Below are positions 38,412 through 50,815 of a stretch of 64,000 bases of DNA, in pieces. Positions within the stretch are counted from its first letter, which is position 1. The number at the start of each line of letters is the position of its first letter. The DNA is from Paecilomyces variotii. Its lineage: Eukaryota. The position numbers and the translations under genes were made by a program. Under the pieces are notes generated by a model, which did not search any database, was not told where the DNA came from, and worked only from the letters and a program-made list of their open reading frames with translations. The stretch lies in NCBI GenBank assembly GCA_004022145.1, contig RCNU01000001.1; one strand, given 5' to 3'.

Positions 38412-41400
38412 ATGAAGAGTTTACGAAGAGATTTCTCTTCGAACCCGCAAGCCGCAAATGTATCGAGCAAAGTCTTCGTGAGATCTACCAAGAGTGGCAA
38501 GGTGCAGAAGATCGTTCGTGAGCTGTATTTGCGACAGGATATTCCTTGCTCGTCTCAGCTCTGTTCGATATGTCGCGCAAATGCGCCAGCTGATGCTAAT
38601 GGAAACAGTGAGTATTACGTCGTGCTGCTTCAAGTTTGAGCGGATGGCTAACATGATATAAGTTGCGCCCTTTGTCCTTTCCGATCGTCCCGCTGGTACG
38701 AAGTCTTTCCCCAAGGGCCATTATCTCGTTCCCGATACAAATGCACTGTTGAATGGAATGGACCTTTTCGAGCACACTGGCGCTTTCTACGATGTCATCA
38801 TCCTACAGACTGTCCTTGAAGAACTGAAGAACCAGTCTCTACCTCTCTACAACCGGCTACTTTCCTTGATCAAAACCGATGACAAGCGATTCTATCTATT
38901 CTTCAACGAATTCCGCCTGGAAACACATGTTCGCCGAAATCCCGATGAGACGATAAATGACAGGAACGATAGAGCTGTTCGGACTGTCGCGAAGTGGTAT
39001 TCTGAGCATCTTCGGGAGGCAGTAACTAGGAAGGGCAAGAAAGAAAAGTCTATACCAGCTATTGTGGTCCTCACGGATGACAAGGAGAATCTGCGCAAGG
39101 CAAAGGAGGAAGGCGTCACGGCTCTGAAGCTTACAGATTATATTTCAGGACTGGAAGATGCTGACAAACTCCTGGACATGGTCAACGATGCTCAGGAAGG
39201 AAGAGATGCGAAGGGACTCCGTGGAGAGCTGTTCTACCCGGAATACTACTCTATGTCGAAGATGATGACCGGTCTAAGGGCCGGCACTCTACATCAGGGT
39301 GTTTTCAATATCTCGCCATACAATTACCTGGAAGGTTCCGTGAACGTGGCAGCCTTTGCGAAGCCACTCCTTATTCTTGGTCGTGATAACAGCAACCGTG
39401 CCATTGCCGGTGATGTCGTTGTTGTTGAGGTCCTACCGAAGGACCAGTGGAAGTCTCCATCAACCAAGATCATCGACGAGGAAGCAGTGACCAAGGATGA
39501 AAACGCAGATGCAGAAGAGAATGAAGCAGTAGTCACTGAGAGGGAGCGAAAGGCTCTTCAAGAAGAAGTCAAGAAAGCCCATGGGAAGAACTCTGAAGGC
39601 AAGCCACAACCAACGGCCCGAGTGGTTGGCGTCATCAAACGCAACTGGAGGCAATATGTTGGCCACGTCGATTCTGCTTCTACTACTTCACTTGTCCAGT
39701 CTGGGCGAAGACAGCAGACTGTGTTCGTGCTGCCTATGGACAAGAAAATTCCAAAGATCCGAGTTAGGACTAGACAGGCTGCCGACCTTTTGGGCCAGAG
39801 GATCTTAGTTACTATCGATGCGTGGGATAGAGATTCTCGGTATCCGACTGGACACTTCGTTCGATCCCTAGGAGAGCTGGAGACCAAGGAGGCGGAGACT
39901 GAGGCTCTCCTTCTCGAGTATGATGTACAGTACAAGCCGTTCCCGAAGGTCGTGCTAGACTGTCTACCGCCCCAGGGCCATGACTGGGTAGTACCGGCCA
40001 CCAAGGAAGACCCCGGTTGGAAGGGACGGAGAGATCTCAGAGATCTGCTTATCTGCAGTATTGATCCTCCAGGCTGTCAGGACATTGATGATGCCCTCCA
40101 TGCGCGACCGCTGCCGAACGGTAACTTTGAAGTCGGTGTCCATATCGCGGATGTTTCTCATTTTGTGAAGCCAAACAATGCCATGGATCTAGAGGCAAGT
40201 CTTCGCGGAACCACAGTATACCTGGTCGACAAACGTATCGACATGCTTCCCATGCTGCTGGGTACCGATCTTTGCTCTCTCAAACCATATGTGGAGCGTT
40301 ACGCTTTCTCTACAATTTGGGAGATCACTCCCAACGCAGAGATTGTGAAGGCTGATTTCACTAAATCGGTCATCCGTTCTCGCGAGGCTTTCAGTTATGA
40401 GCAGGCACAAAAACGCATTGACGATGCGTCTAAGAATGATGAGCTCACGCAGAGCATGCGGACCTTGTTGCATCTCTCCAAGATCCTTCGCCAGAAGCGT
40501 ATGGATGCTGGTGCACTGAACCTCGCGTCTCCCGAAGTCCGGATCGAGAGCGATAACGACGAGCTAGGTGATCCACTTACAGACGTGAAGACCAAGGCCA
40601 TGCTCGCTACAAACAGCTTGGTCGAAGAGTTCATGCTTCTTGCCAACATTACCGTCGCTTCCAAGATCTATGAATGCTTCCCACAAACCGCTTTGCTCCG
40701 TCGTCACGCAACCCCTCCTCCCCAGAACTTCGAAGACTTAGCCAAGCAACTCTCGAGGAAGCGAAACCTGGAGCTTGATGTCTCCAGCTCAAGAGCGCTT
40801 GCCGACTCTCTCGACCGCTGTGTGGACCCGCAGAATCCATTCTTCAACACCCTTGTCCGTATTCTGGCAACCCGCTGCATGACGTCTGCGGAATACTTCT
40901 GCGCTGGTGCCCACGCGGAGTCTGAGTTCCGCCACTACGGTCTCGCTTCTCCTATCTACACCCATTTCACCTCTCCTATTCGTCGATACGCCGATCTCCT
41001 CGTCCACCGTCAACTCGCTGCCGCCATCGGCTACGAAGGCGAAGACGGCCGCGGCACCGCTGAGGCACCCACTGTTCGCAGCAAACTCGAAGATATCTGC
41101 CGCAACATCAACTACCGTCACCGCAACGCTCAATTCGCCGGCCGCGCCAGCATCGAGTACTATGTCGGCCAAGCTCTCAAGGCACGCGGCGAGAAAGCCG
41201 CCAGGACTCCTGGCGAGAACCCCGGCGTCGACGAAGACGGCTACGTGATGCGCGTGTTCGAGAACGGTGTCGTCGTCTTCGTGCCCCGCTTCGGTATCGA
41301 AGGTGTCGTCCGTCTCGAAGACTTCATGCTCCCCGGCGAGACGGCCCGACCGGGTCTCGAGGAGCGCAAGGAAGTGGCTCTTCGCAGGGAGAGTGAGTTC

Positions 41401-41577
41401 GATACGGAAGAGTACTCGCTCCGTGTATGGGAGAAGGGTCATCCGGAGAAAGAACGTGGTGTCAGTGTTGAACTATTCCAGAGACTAAGAGTGAATGTTA
41501 GCTCCGTCAAGGAAGAAGGCGGCCGAGGAGCTGGAAAGAGGAGAGTGAGAATCTTGGTCCTTGGAACTGCGAATTGA
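38412..41577 (+). CDS. DIS3: Exosome catalytic subunit Dis3/Rrp44
   Basis: Intron 38608-38662. PIN domain (PDTN, NDRNDRA), RNB motifs SIDPPGCQDIDDALH and YTHFTSPIRRYAD, S1 tail. Confidence 0.97.
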
Positions 41578-42086
41578 TTCGGGAACTTCTATTGTCTATA
41601 GGGATGCGATGTGGGATTGGCTTTTTTTCTTCTAATGATCTGTAATCGACGCAGGTATGTATGTATGGTTGTACGTGTATCAAAAAGAAAAGAAAGAAAG
41701 ACGGACTTTGAGATTATGGTACTTCCCCTGGGAAAAGAAAATAGAATATACGTCTGATGTTACGAGTTACCCTACCTGAGATCGATCATCTGTAGTCTTG
41801 TCTAATATCCAGCGAAATATGTATATGCCAAGAACGTAGCGATGTATTATTATACTTTAATACTCAGCGACTCATAAATTCTGCATGGTGTATCATTTCG
41901 TAAAAAGCGAAAAAGGCCCAAGAGATGCAGTGCACATGACATAAACGTGGAAGATGCAACTTATATATACATACGGTGGAGCATTTCACGTGGAAGAGAG
42001 AGGTATATATATACCCAAGATAAAGGAGGGTTTAACGAGATCATGCGGAGACATTCGACATAGACACGTGCATGGTATGGGTGAAA

Positions 42087-43693
42087 TCAAACTCTTTTCC
42101 AAGATACCATCCCCTGCCACACAGTGACGGGATCCCACAGGTTGATTCTGGAAGTGTCTTCTGTGGATATATGCGGTGTGATATGAGCAGGAGCCAGGCC
42201 AGTTTCCTTCTCCGTGGAGCTACTGACGGGGTAACTGCATGTTGTTATAGCATCTTTTCGTTCGATTAATGCGAGTTCGCGGACTTTCCAGCCCCTCACT
42301 AGCCAGAGACAACCTGCAGCGCCGACGTACATGCAGGCAGTGAAAATCTGGACTCGCAAGTACGAAGAGCCGTCCTGCGAACTGTCTCTTAGGGCGAGAG
42401 CAATAGCTTCCGCTACCGTTGTGGGAGGGACGAGGGTGATCCAGGTGATGCTCAATCCGCTTGGAAGCTCTTTTAGGCCGATGATCTCTGCGAGGACTGA
42501 CGATACTGTTGCCCAGTAGGTTCCTGCCACGGGGCCGACGATGATAGCAAAGAAACATAGCACGCCCATATTGGTGGCGAAGATCCAGATCACAAAGCAG
42601 AAAAAGCCACAGAGGAAGGTGAGGAAGGTTGCCATATTGATACGTCCCACTTGATCACTGAAGAGGCCGACGAAAGGTCTTCCGAGACCTTGCCCTAGGT
42701 TCAACAGCGCGCTAACAATACTGCCTTGGTGAGGTGAAAGTCCAACGGAGAGTGCAAAATTCGCCAGACTGAACAAGAGCGCAACGTAGCCTAGCATGCT
42801 GAGGATTCCCCAGCCAAGATAGAGGAGAAACTCGAGCCGTTTGAACAGAGGCACATGAAAGGCGGCTACACGACTCCCAATGGCTTTGTTACGGTCCCTC
42901 AGCAAATTAGCAGCCACCACGTTCACAGAGAAACACACAATGGCGAGGACGCGGAACGTCCATGCGAGGCCCAGCCGTGGGATCATGGCTCCTGTCGCGA
43001 GGGAATACATCAGCCCGCCGATGCCAGAGCCTGCGGCCGTGATACCGTTGGCCACACCTCTCCGACGCGAGAACCATTGTGGGGCGATTCCAATGGTTCC
43101 GACAAAGAGAAAGCCCATACCGAATCCAAAGCAGACGCCCTGGCTGAGGAAGATATGCCACGTCTTGGTAGCAAAGGACGCACCAATGAAGGAAATAGTC
43201 TCGAAGAACACTCCCAGATTGAGCGACAAGCGCGTGCCACACTTATTGATAAGATATGTAGCAAGTGGTGCTACCAGCATGGCGCAGGATATACTTAGAC
43301 CTCCGGTGAAAGCATATTCGAGGGCACTCGTATTAGGGAATACATTATGGGAGAGATAGTATGAAAGGAAAACACCATAGGACTGGTAGTAACGAGACGT
43401 CAGCACCCCAAATCGACCACGTAGGATCTAGTCATGGGCAATTCTCAGGTGACACATACACTATTAACACCCCAAGTATGCGCGTTGATCCAGAAGACAC
43501 AGGCGACACAGACCCATCCATAACCGCCATCGGGAGGGACATCGTCATTTGGTTTCGTGTTTCGATTGCTGCCATCCTGCTCTAGTCTCAGGTCCTCAGT
43601 TCGCGCATTATGTTGGTCCTGAGTAGAATTTCGCAACTCTGGAGTATCTTCTTCTGATGCGTAGACCACATCAATCGGAACATTATCTGACAT
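42087..43693 (-). CDS. MFS monocarboxylate-transporter-like protein (MCH family)
   Basis: Intron 43459-43383. PPDGGYGWV, NAHTWGVNSSYGVF, QWFSRRRGVANG..AAGSGIGG, about 12 hydrophobic segments. Confidence 0.9.
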
Positions 43694-44798
43694 TGCTCGA
43701 ACGAGCATTGGGGCAATGCTCAGAGGGTAAAGAGCCTGTGATCAAGATCGTGCCTTTTTGGCGGTGTGCAGCTCTCACGCCAGAAGTGTTTACCGCAAAC
43801 GGTCATAGTTCAGCGCAACATAATATGGATGGATAGATCCGATGTATTCATGTAGTTAAGATGTCAAAAAACGAAACACAGAAGGACGGCCATAAAAATC
43901 AAAAGCGCCACACGTGCTTTTTTCTCGGCGAGGACAACATCTCGAACGTCTTCTCGAATGTCCATAGACCGGCTAGCAGCGAGCTTCTAGGATTGGCCGA
44001 GAAGACCGCTAAGAACCAACGGAACCGATCTTGCAGCCGTCGTCCCGACGAACCGGTGCGGAGACGAGCTGGAGCGCGAGGCGGGGTTCCATGATCCAGT
44101 TCCACGAGGGGCAGGGTTGTTGCTGCTGATGTTGGCGACGATAGGATCAACGCAGAAGAATGCTTCCAACGCAACTGAAGCGTCGAGGAGAGAGAGTGTG
44201 TGAGAGAGAGAGATGTCGTCTGTGTCTTCCAGTACGGAGTAGTTCTGCATGATGCGAAGCAGGAAGAGTCTAACCGGCTTGGGCAATCGACAGGGCTTAG
44301 GGCTGCCAGGAACCATGTGATTTGCCAAGACCCCGCGCGTTGCCTCAGGCGACGATATATGGGATTATCATTGGTGGGCCAACCAAGTTAACTAACTATG
44401 CTAACTATGAACTTGCTGTGTTGTCCGCCAACTAACCAAGTCAGTTAGCTTGTAAACACTAAGATAGGAGCTCCTCTAGCTTCCCCCCGAAGTTCGAACG
44501 AAGGCGTTCCTCGGCCTGATCTATCGGGATCGCCCTGGTTCTTCCCTGCGCCATGAGGATGGCCTGAGTCGAGATCGTGATTGGCGCCAGCCCTTGACTC
44601 ACTGCTGTTGTCCCAGGCCCTTGTACCCAAGCAACTTAACCTTGCTTCAGGGACTTAACTTACTTCTTAGACTTAGTACAGGGCGCGCTGGCCCGTTCCC
44701 TATCTCGACTGCTATCAGCGTCCACATTCCACCATCACAACAGTCAGGAACGTCGCTCTAATATTGCAATCATGTCGCCTCGTTCTCTGGAGAAGATC

Positions 44799-47195
44799 AT
44801 GCACAGGAATAGATCCAAAGAGGGTCATCGGAAATTCTCTCCTCCGGGCCCTACATACATGTCAGATGATCAGATTGGTGGGTATCCTCCATTCATCTCC
44901 ATTCGTATCCATTCCTCCAAACTGCTCCAAAACCCTTCCCACACACTGACACGGTGAATGTCGAAAATACTAATCCGACCATGGATCCAGCAAGCTATCT
45001 CAAGGATCTCCGGACAAACAGACCCCCTCGTCCCAATGGTTCGCGGCCACTCCCCTCCAAACCCAACCCGTCCACCACCAGTGTCAGGGACGAGCTCCCT
45101 CCACGGGCAACGTCGGCGCTCTCAATGTCGAGACGCACGGAGACACCATCCCAGGAACACCTGAGAAGTGATCCTCAGCCTCGATCAGCAAGTGCCCTGT
45201 CCCATCGCCGGCTGACCTCAGAGGCGGGACCCAGGAGGGGTTCGGTTGGACGTCCGCTCGTCCAGGAACCAGGGAACTACTCAGGGAGACATAGCTACGG
45301 CCCGGGTGCGAAACTGGCCTCCCCGACTAGCGTCACCCCCAGTGGTGCGTATCGAGAGAACGGCCAGCGCTGGATGGAAAAGCAGGAGGCTCGATCACTG
45401 CGGGACGCCCTGGAGGAGCTGGATCTCCAGGAGGAAATGCGGATTTACGCGGGGGCCCAGGACGAAGCAACCGAACTGGTGTGGAAGCACCAACATCCTG
45501 GTGTTCCGTTCAAGAACCCACATGCTGCGTACCGGAATCCCGATATGACCAGAGTCTACCCACAGGACAGAGCTTCCTACACAGGAGGCCGCAGTAATAG
45601 CATAACTACAGACGACGAATCACACAGCTCGAAATCGGGGGGAGCAGCCTCGATCGACAGTAAAGGCTCGGCTTCTCGAGGTGACACCTTACCCAGAAAG
45701 CCGAAAGTCAACTTTGCGTTGCCTCCTGAGGAGGACTCTCCGTTGCCAGGTTGCCGCGATAGCAGCGGCTCTCCCAAGGGGATATTCAGGAACCCGGAGG
45801 ATCACATATATGAAGAGCCCGATGAGCGGGATAGCAGAAGGGCATCATCTCGGTATGAGACGATGCATCCGACCTCGTCTGCATTGAAAGCAAAGCCACG
45901 AAACTCCTTACCACGCGATGGCCGGCCGTCACTCTCTCGTTATGATATCCACAAGAACCCCCCTTCTCAGTCGAGAAATCCGGCTTACACAGTCAATTCT
46001 TCTCCTTCTCCAGAACGTGAACTTCTGAACCAAGACGTCCCAAAAAAGAACGGTATTGAAATTCGCAGCGACGACATCCGTGCTGCAACCAGTATGAAGC
46101 TGAAGGACCGGAGCAGCAAGTTACCAATGCCGACAGCTGTCAGCGATCGTCTCGGACGGCCCATTGTTAGTTTCGACAAAAACTGGAAGGCCCCTGATGA
46201 GCCAAAGAGCAGTAACTCTACTTTCGGGAAGGGAAAGTCATCTCCTACTCCACCGCCACCGGTCCCTGAGATCAACGTCTGCGAACCTGCCTCGATACCC
46301 ACGATCACTCTGCCTGACAACAGTCCCCCGAAGATATCAGAGATGCAGCCGATTTCTGACCGTGGGAGAGATAGCACGCGGCCGCTGCCTGATCCGAAGA
46401 GTGTTCCCAACAAGAAACACGTAACGAAAGTGAGCCAAGGAACGTCGAACCGCTGGTACTCCCCGTACACCCGCGCTGGTGTTCCGACGGCCACCTGTGC
46501 TGCTTGCACTCTTCCGATTGCGGGGAAGATAGTGACGGCAGCAGGATCACGGTTCCATCCTGAATGCTTTACCTGCCATCACTGTGGGACTGCTCTGGAG
46601 TGTGTTGCTTTTTACCAGGAGCCGGAAGCGAAGCGTGCGGAGAGAATTGAAAGATCGGCTGCTGACGATGACGAGGCTCAGGCGATGCGATTCTATTGCC
46701 ATTTGGATTTCCACGAACTCTTTAGCCCCAGGTGTAAGAGCTGCAAGACCCCAATCGAAGGCGAAGTGGTGGTGGCCTGCGGTGCAGAGTGGCATGTTGG
46801 TCACTTCTTCTGTGCGGAGTGTGGTGATGTATGTGCAACAATCCCACCAGTTCATAGACACTTTGCTAACTCTCTCATAGCCTTTTAACTCCGAGACCCC
46901 ATTCGTGGAAAAGGATGGCTTCGCCTGGTGTCTTCGTTGTCACTCTCGACGTACCGCTTCACGTTGTCTTGGCTGCAAGCAACCTGTGCTCGATGATATC
47001 GTCGTCACCGCTTTGGGTGGCCAGTGGCATGATAAATGCTTCGTCTGCCACGAGTGTGGTGCTGGATTCGGCCCTGAAGGGCGATTCTTCGTGAAGCAGG
47101 GGGAGCCAAAGCGAACTGCGAAGGGTCGAATCATCGGCGGACCAGTTCAGTTAGCAGTTTGTGAAAGATGCGAGGGCATAAGGCTCAAGGCCTGA
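44799..47195 (+). CDS. LIM-domain protein (paxillin-like; disordered N-terminus plus three LIM domains)
   Basis: Exons 44799 (or 44772)-44877, 44991-46828, 46881-47195; the first splice gives MSDDQIASYLKDLRTNRP. Three CxxC..HxxCFxCxxC..CxxC/D units. Confidence 0.88.
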
Positions 47196-47871
47196 TCACA
47201 ATGTCAAGCAGACCGTCCCCATTGAGTAACCGTCCAAACTCTCCTGGTTAAGCAAGCATTTTGCTGCAGCCGCAGAGCTGTCGACCGAATCTTCGCTGTT
47301 TCCCCCGGCTTCTTTCTTGATTGCATCTGAAGGTTTCTGTTTAACTGCATTGCCGGAGTTTAGCAAAGCGTATTGCGTGTTTATATTAGGGAGAATGACT
47401 ATTGAATCTCTGGGACATAGCGAATGGGATAGCATGATTGCATGGCTGATTTGATTATTTCATCTTCATTTATGTCTGTGGATTGATCTGTTCTGTATGG
47501 AGTTGGAATGTGTTCCTGATGGTTTTCCTTTGGTATAAGTTGTTCTCTTTCCATTATTTACGGTCACGTCAGTGACCATGGCTAGAATGTGATGTTTGGT
47601 TGGTGCGTGTGTATATTGTCCCGTTTCAACGATGACCGTTCGACATGTTGTGCGCATGGCATTGGTTCCGGGCATTGGTATTTAAGGCTTGTTTTCTCTC
47701 GCCTGGAGATCTTTGCAGTTATATTCTCGACATTTGGGCGTCTGCTTATATTGTTCTCATCCAGTACGTAACCTGACCGAGTCCAAGCCCTGACTAAAGG
47801 CGAAGCTCATCTGATGTGGAGCTGTCCTGGCACGGGATGCTGTATGAACATATCTTATAATAATAAGATCT

Positions 47872-49109
47872 TCAAGCCGGCCATTCCGGATTAGCCTTCC
47901 TCCTGAATACCGCAACGTACTTATTCCCCTTATTCCTCGTGACCTTCTTAGACTCTTCCGTCTCTTCGCTCATAATCCTCACGCACGGATCATCCTTCAA
48001 CTCCTCATCCGACACCCTCTCCCAGAGTTCTTTAACTCCCGTATCACTATTCCCTTCCCGCTCATCGCTCGCTTCCTGCTTCTCAGCCGCGACGGCATCT
48101 TCTACCGGAGACGATTTCTCAAAGTGCTTCAGAATCCAATTATGATAATCCTCCACATCAGTGATGGTGTACAACAGACCACCGGGCCGTAGCACATAGG
48201 CATATTCGGCGTTCAGAGCCGGAGAGACGATGCGCGCCTTGTGTTTTCTAGCCTTGAAGTGCGGATCGGGGAAACAGATGAAGATCTTGGAGAGTTGTGC
48301 GCGGGCGAAGAAGTTGGGGAGGAATTTCATCGTGTTGGTTCGCAGAGCGGAGACGTTCTGGTACCCGCCTGGAACGGGGGCAGTGATTGTCGTTGATGAT
48401 ACGGAGGGGGAGGGAGAGGATGTGGAGGAAGAGGCCTGTGCTTGTGCTGGAGCTGGAGAGGAGGATATTTTCTGTGCTTGTTCGCTCTGCGAGCGAAGGA
48501 CCTGGATGCGTCCTGTGACGTATTCGAGGACAGAGATGCGGATTTCCATGCCTGAGAAAAACGCACAGCAGAGTCAGTATTGCTTTTTATCTCATACCGA
48601 ACATTCATTATAGGTCTCAGAATAGAATGGAAGAAGAAGAAAAGAAAAAGACGAGTTTATACGCACCGACAATCAAGGTATCCGGCAAGACGGGCGCAAG
48701 ACCAGCCAACAACCCACCGAAACCACATCCAATATCAACGACCTCAACATCCTTCACTAACTGTCTGAAACCACCTTCGTTCTTCTTATCCGGATTCGGA
48801 TCCACGAAAGCCGGAAAATGTGATGCCCAATCCATATGTGCAGGACTAAGGGGACTGTGTTTCGTTATTATCGTTAGCCTTTTTCTTTTTTTCCCTATCC
48901 TTCGGACAGAATGGCGCAATCCAGATGTGAGAAAAGAACAAGTGAACATACTAATCCAACATATGATCCGAAAACGGATTCGCATGCGCTCTCTGTCTGT
49001 AGAATCTCTTCTTTGGCATCTTAATCTCCGTGCTCTCCTTCTGCGCTGCCTGCGTCTGCGCCTGGCGATATTCTTCGCGCTTTTGGCGCTTATGCGGTGG
49101 GAACGTCAT
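47872..49109 (-). CDS. TRM8: tRNA (guanine-46-N7)-methyltransferase
   Basis: Exons 49109-48952, 48854-48667, 48551-47872. MPKKRFYRQRAHANPFSDH, DIGCGFGGL, GMEIR, FPDPHFKARKHKARI, TEESKKVTRN. Confidence 0.96.
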
Positions 49110-49804
49110 GGTTGGAACGAATGATGGCTTTCTGCTATGAAGAGGAGCAAGTGAAAATGAGAGTAGAGCAGAAGAGAAGTTCGCCTTGGGGGAGAAGAAG
49201 AGGTGGGGTCGTCGCAATGGGAGGGCGAGAGGCATGGACTGTTAAAAAAATGGCGGCGGCTCCGCGGCACGGTTTTTTTGCGCTTTTCTACCGTACGCGG
49301 GTTGGAGCTGGGGAGCTAAAATTAAGCTTACATGGATGGATGTCCGAGGGGTTAGATGGACACCAGAGGAGATTGAGAGAGTGTGTTATGGCAGGGTATT
49401 GTTAATAAGAGAGGTTGACCTAAGTAGACAGATGGGATAGAATATTGCTACTATTTTATCATATTCATCAATTGATTGTTCGTCTGATCTTACCATAAGT
49501 AATCCGTTCCGCGGACAGGCAGAAAGCGGGCAAATCATCACCGCCCAGGATCTCTCTCTATCTTATCTCGTACCACTTTGTGTATCCTGCACGAATGATG
49601 ACCCTTTTTGTTTCTACATACCCCAGTTGATTCATTTTGTGAAGAATACCCAACGAATTCTCCAATACCCTTCGAAGACAACTACAATAGCACCTTACCT
49701 TCAACACTCACGCGCCAGCATACCCCCTCCCTCCTCTCTCCGCACCCCCCCTCCTTCGCCGGACTTACCTCTATTACATACGAACAAACCCTCGAAAGAC
49801 AACC

Positions 49805-50584
49805 ATGACCATGAGCTCCTCACGTCAGATCCAATCCTTATCCACAATATCAACGGAGAAACCCCCCTTTCAATTCCCTCCAACATACTCCTTCCCACCA
49901 TTCTTCACCCCGCAACCAAACACCTCCACACGTCACTCCCAGCTCGAGAAATGGTCTGCTCTGATCCAATCTTGGTGTCGGTATTATCGGATATTCAAAC
50001 TATCGTTAGTCGACGCTGTCGAGACGCCTCTTTTCCATAATGCGGCGTTGAAGAAGAGGGTCAGTCTGAGTGAAGCGCGCGCAATCGTGGATTGGATGGC
50101 ACGTGCGGACGAGGATGGCGGTGGAGGAAAGAGAGCGGAGTGGGTGGAAGGTTTGGCCGGGAAGGAGAAGACATTGGCATGGATTTGGTGGAGGAGGCCT
50201 GAGGAGTGGGCGGCGTTGATTGCGGGTTGGGTGAGTGCCTTTTTTACTTCTGTTACACTTCTCTGGGCCGTTGAGCTTTATAATAGATGACTTCGTCACT
50301 AATCAACCGGGATTGTATCTTGTAGGTTGAGGAAACAGGTCAGAAAAACACGGTGTTGACTCTGTATGAATTGATGGAAGGTGACGGGACAAGATCACAA
50401 GGTGAGACAATCCCTGCATTGCATATTGATAACGTGTGCTCTTAGCCCGATAGTGGCTGACGTCCATCTAGAATTCCACGGACTAGATCCCGATATCATG
50501 CTAAGATCCCTCAACGTCCTAGTCAAGCAGGGAAAGGCACAGGTCTTTGGCAATGAAGGCCAAGAAGGTGTCAAGTTCTTTTAA
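49805..50584 (+). CDS. VPS25: ESCRT-II subunit Vps25
   Basis: Exons 49805-50230, 50326-50401, 50472-50584. FPPTYSFPPFFTPQPN, WRRPEEWA, VLTLYEL, EFHGLD, terminal GVKFF. Confidence 0.95.
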
Positions 50585-50815
50585 ACAAACATGAATAGCG
50601 GCATAATTATATACACCGTGCAGTGCCTTCAAAAAAACTTGCAGTTGGGTATTCATACAGCAAACTAAGAAAAGGGACGAAGCAAATATTGTGGTTGCAA
50701 CAAAACAGGAAACCGACCGCCAAATACACCATATCTCTGACCAGTAACAAGATACCAAACCTGTGCCTCATGAGATGCATCCAACACCACCATACACTAT
50801 GCCACTTACGACCGG

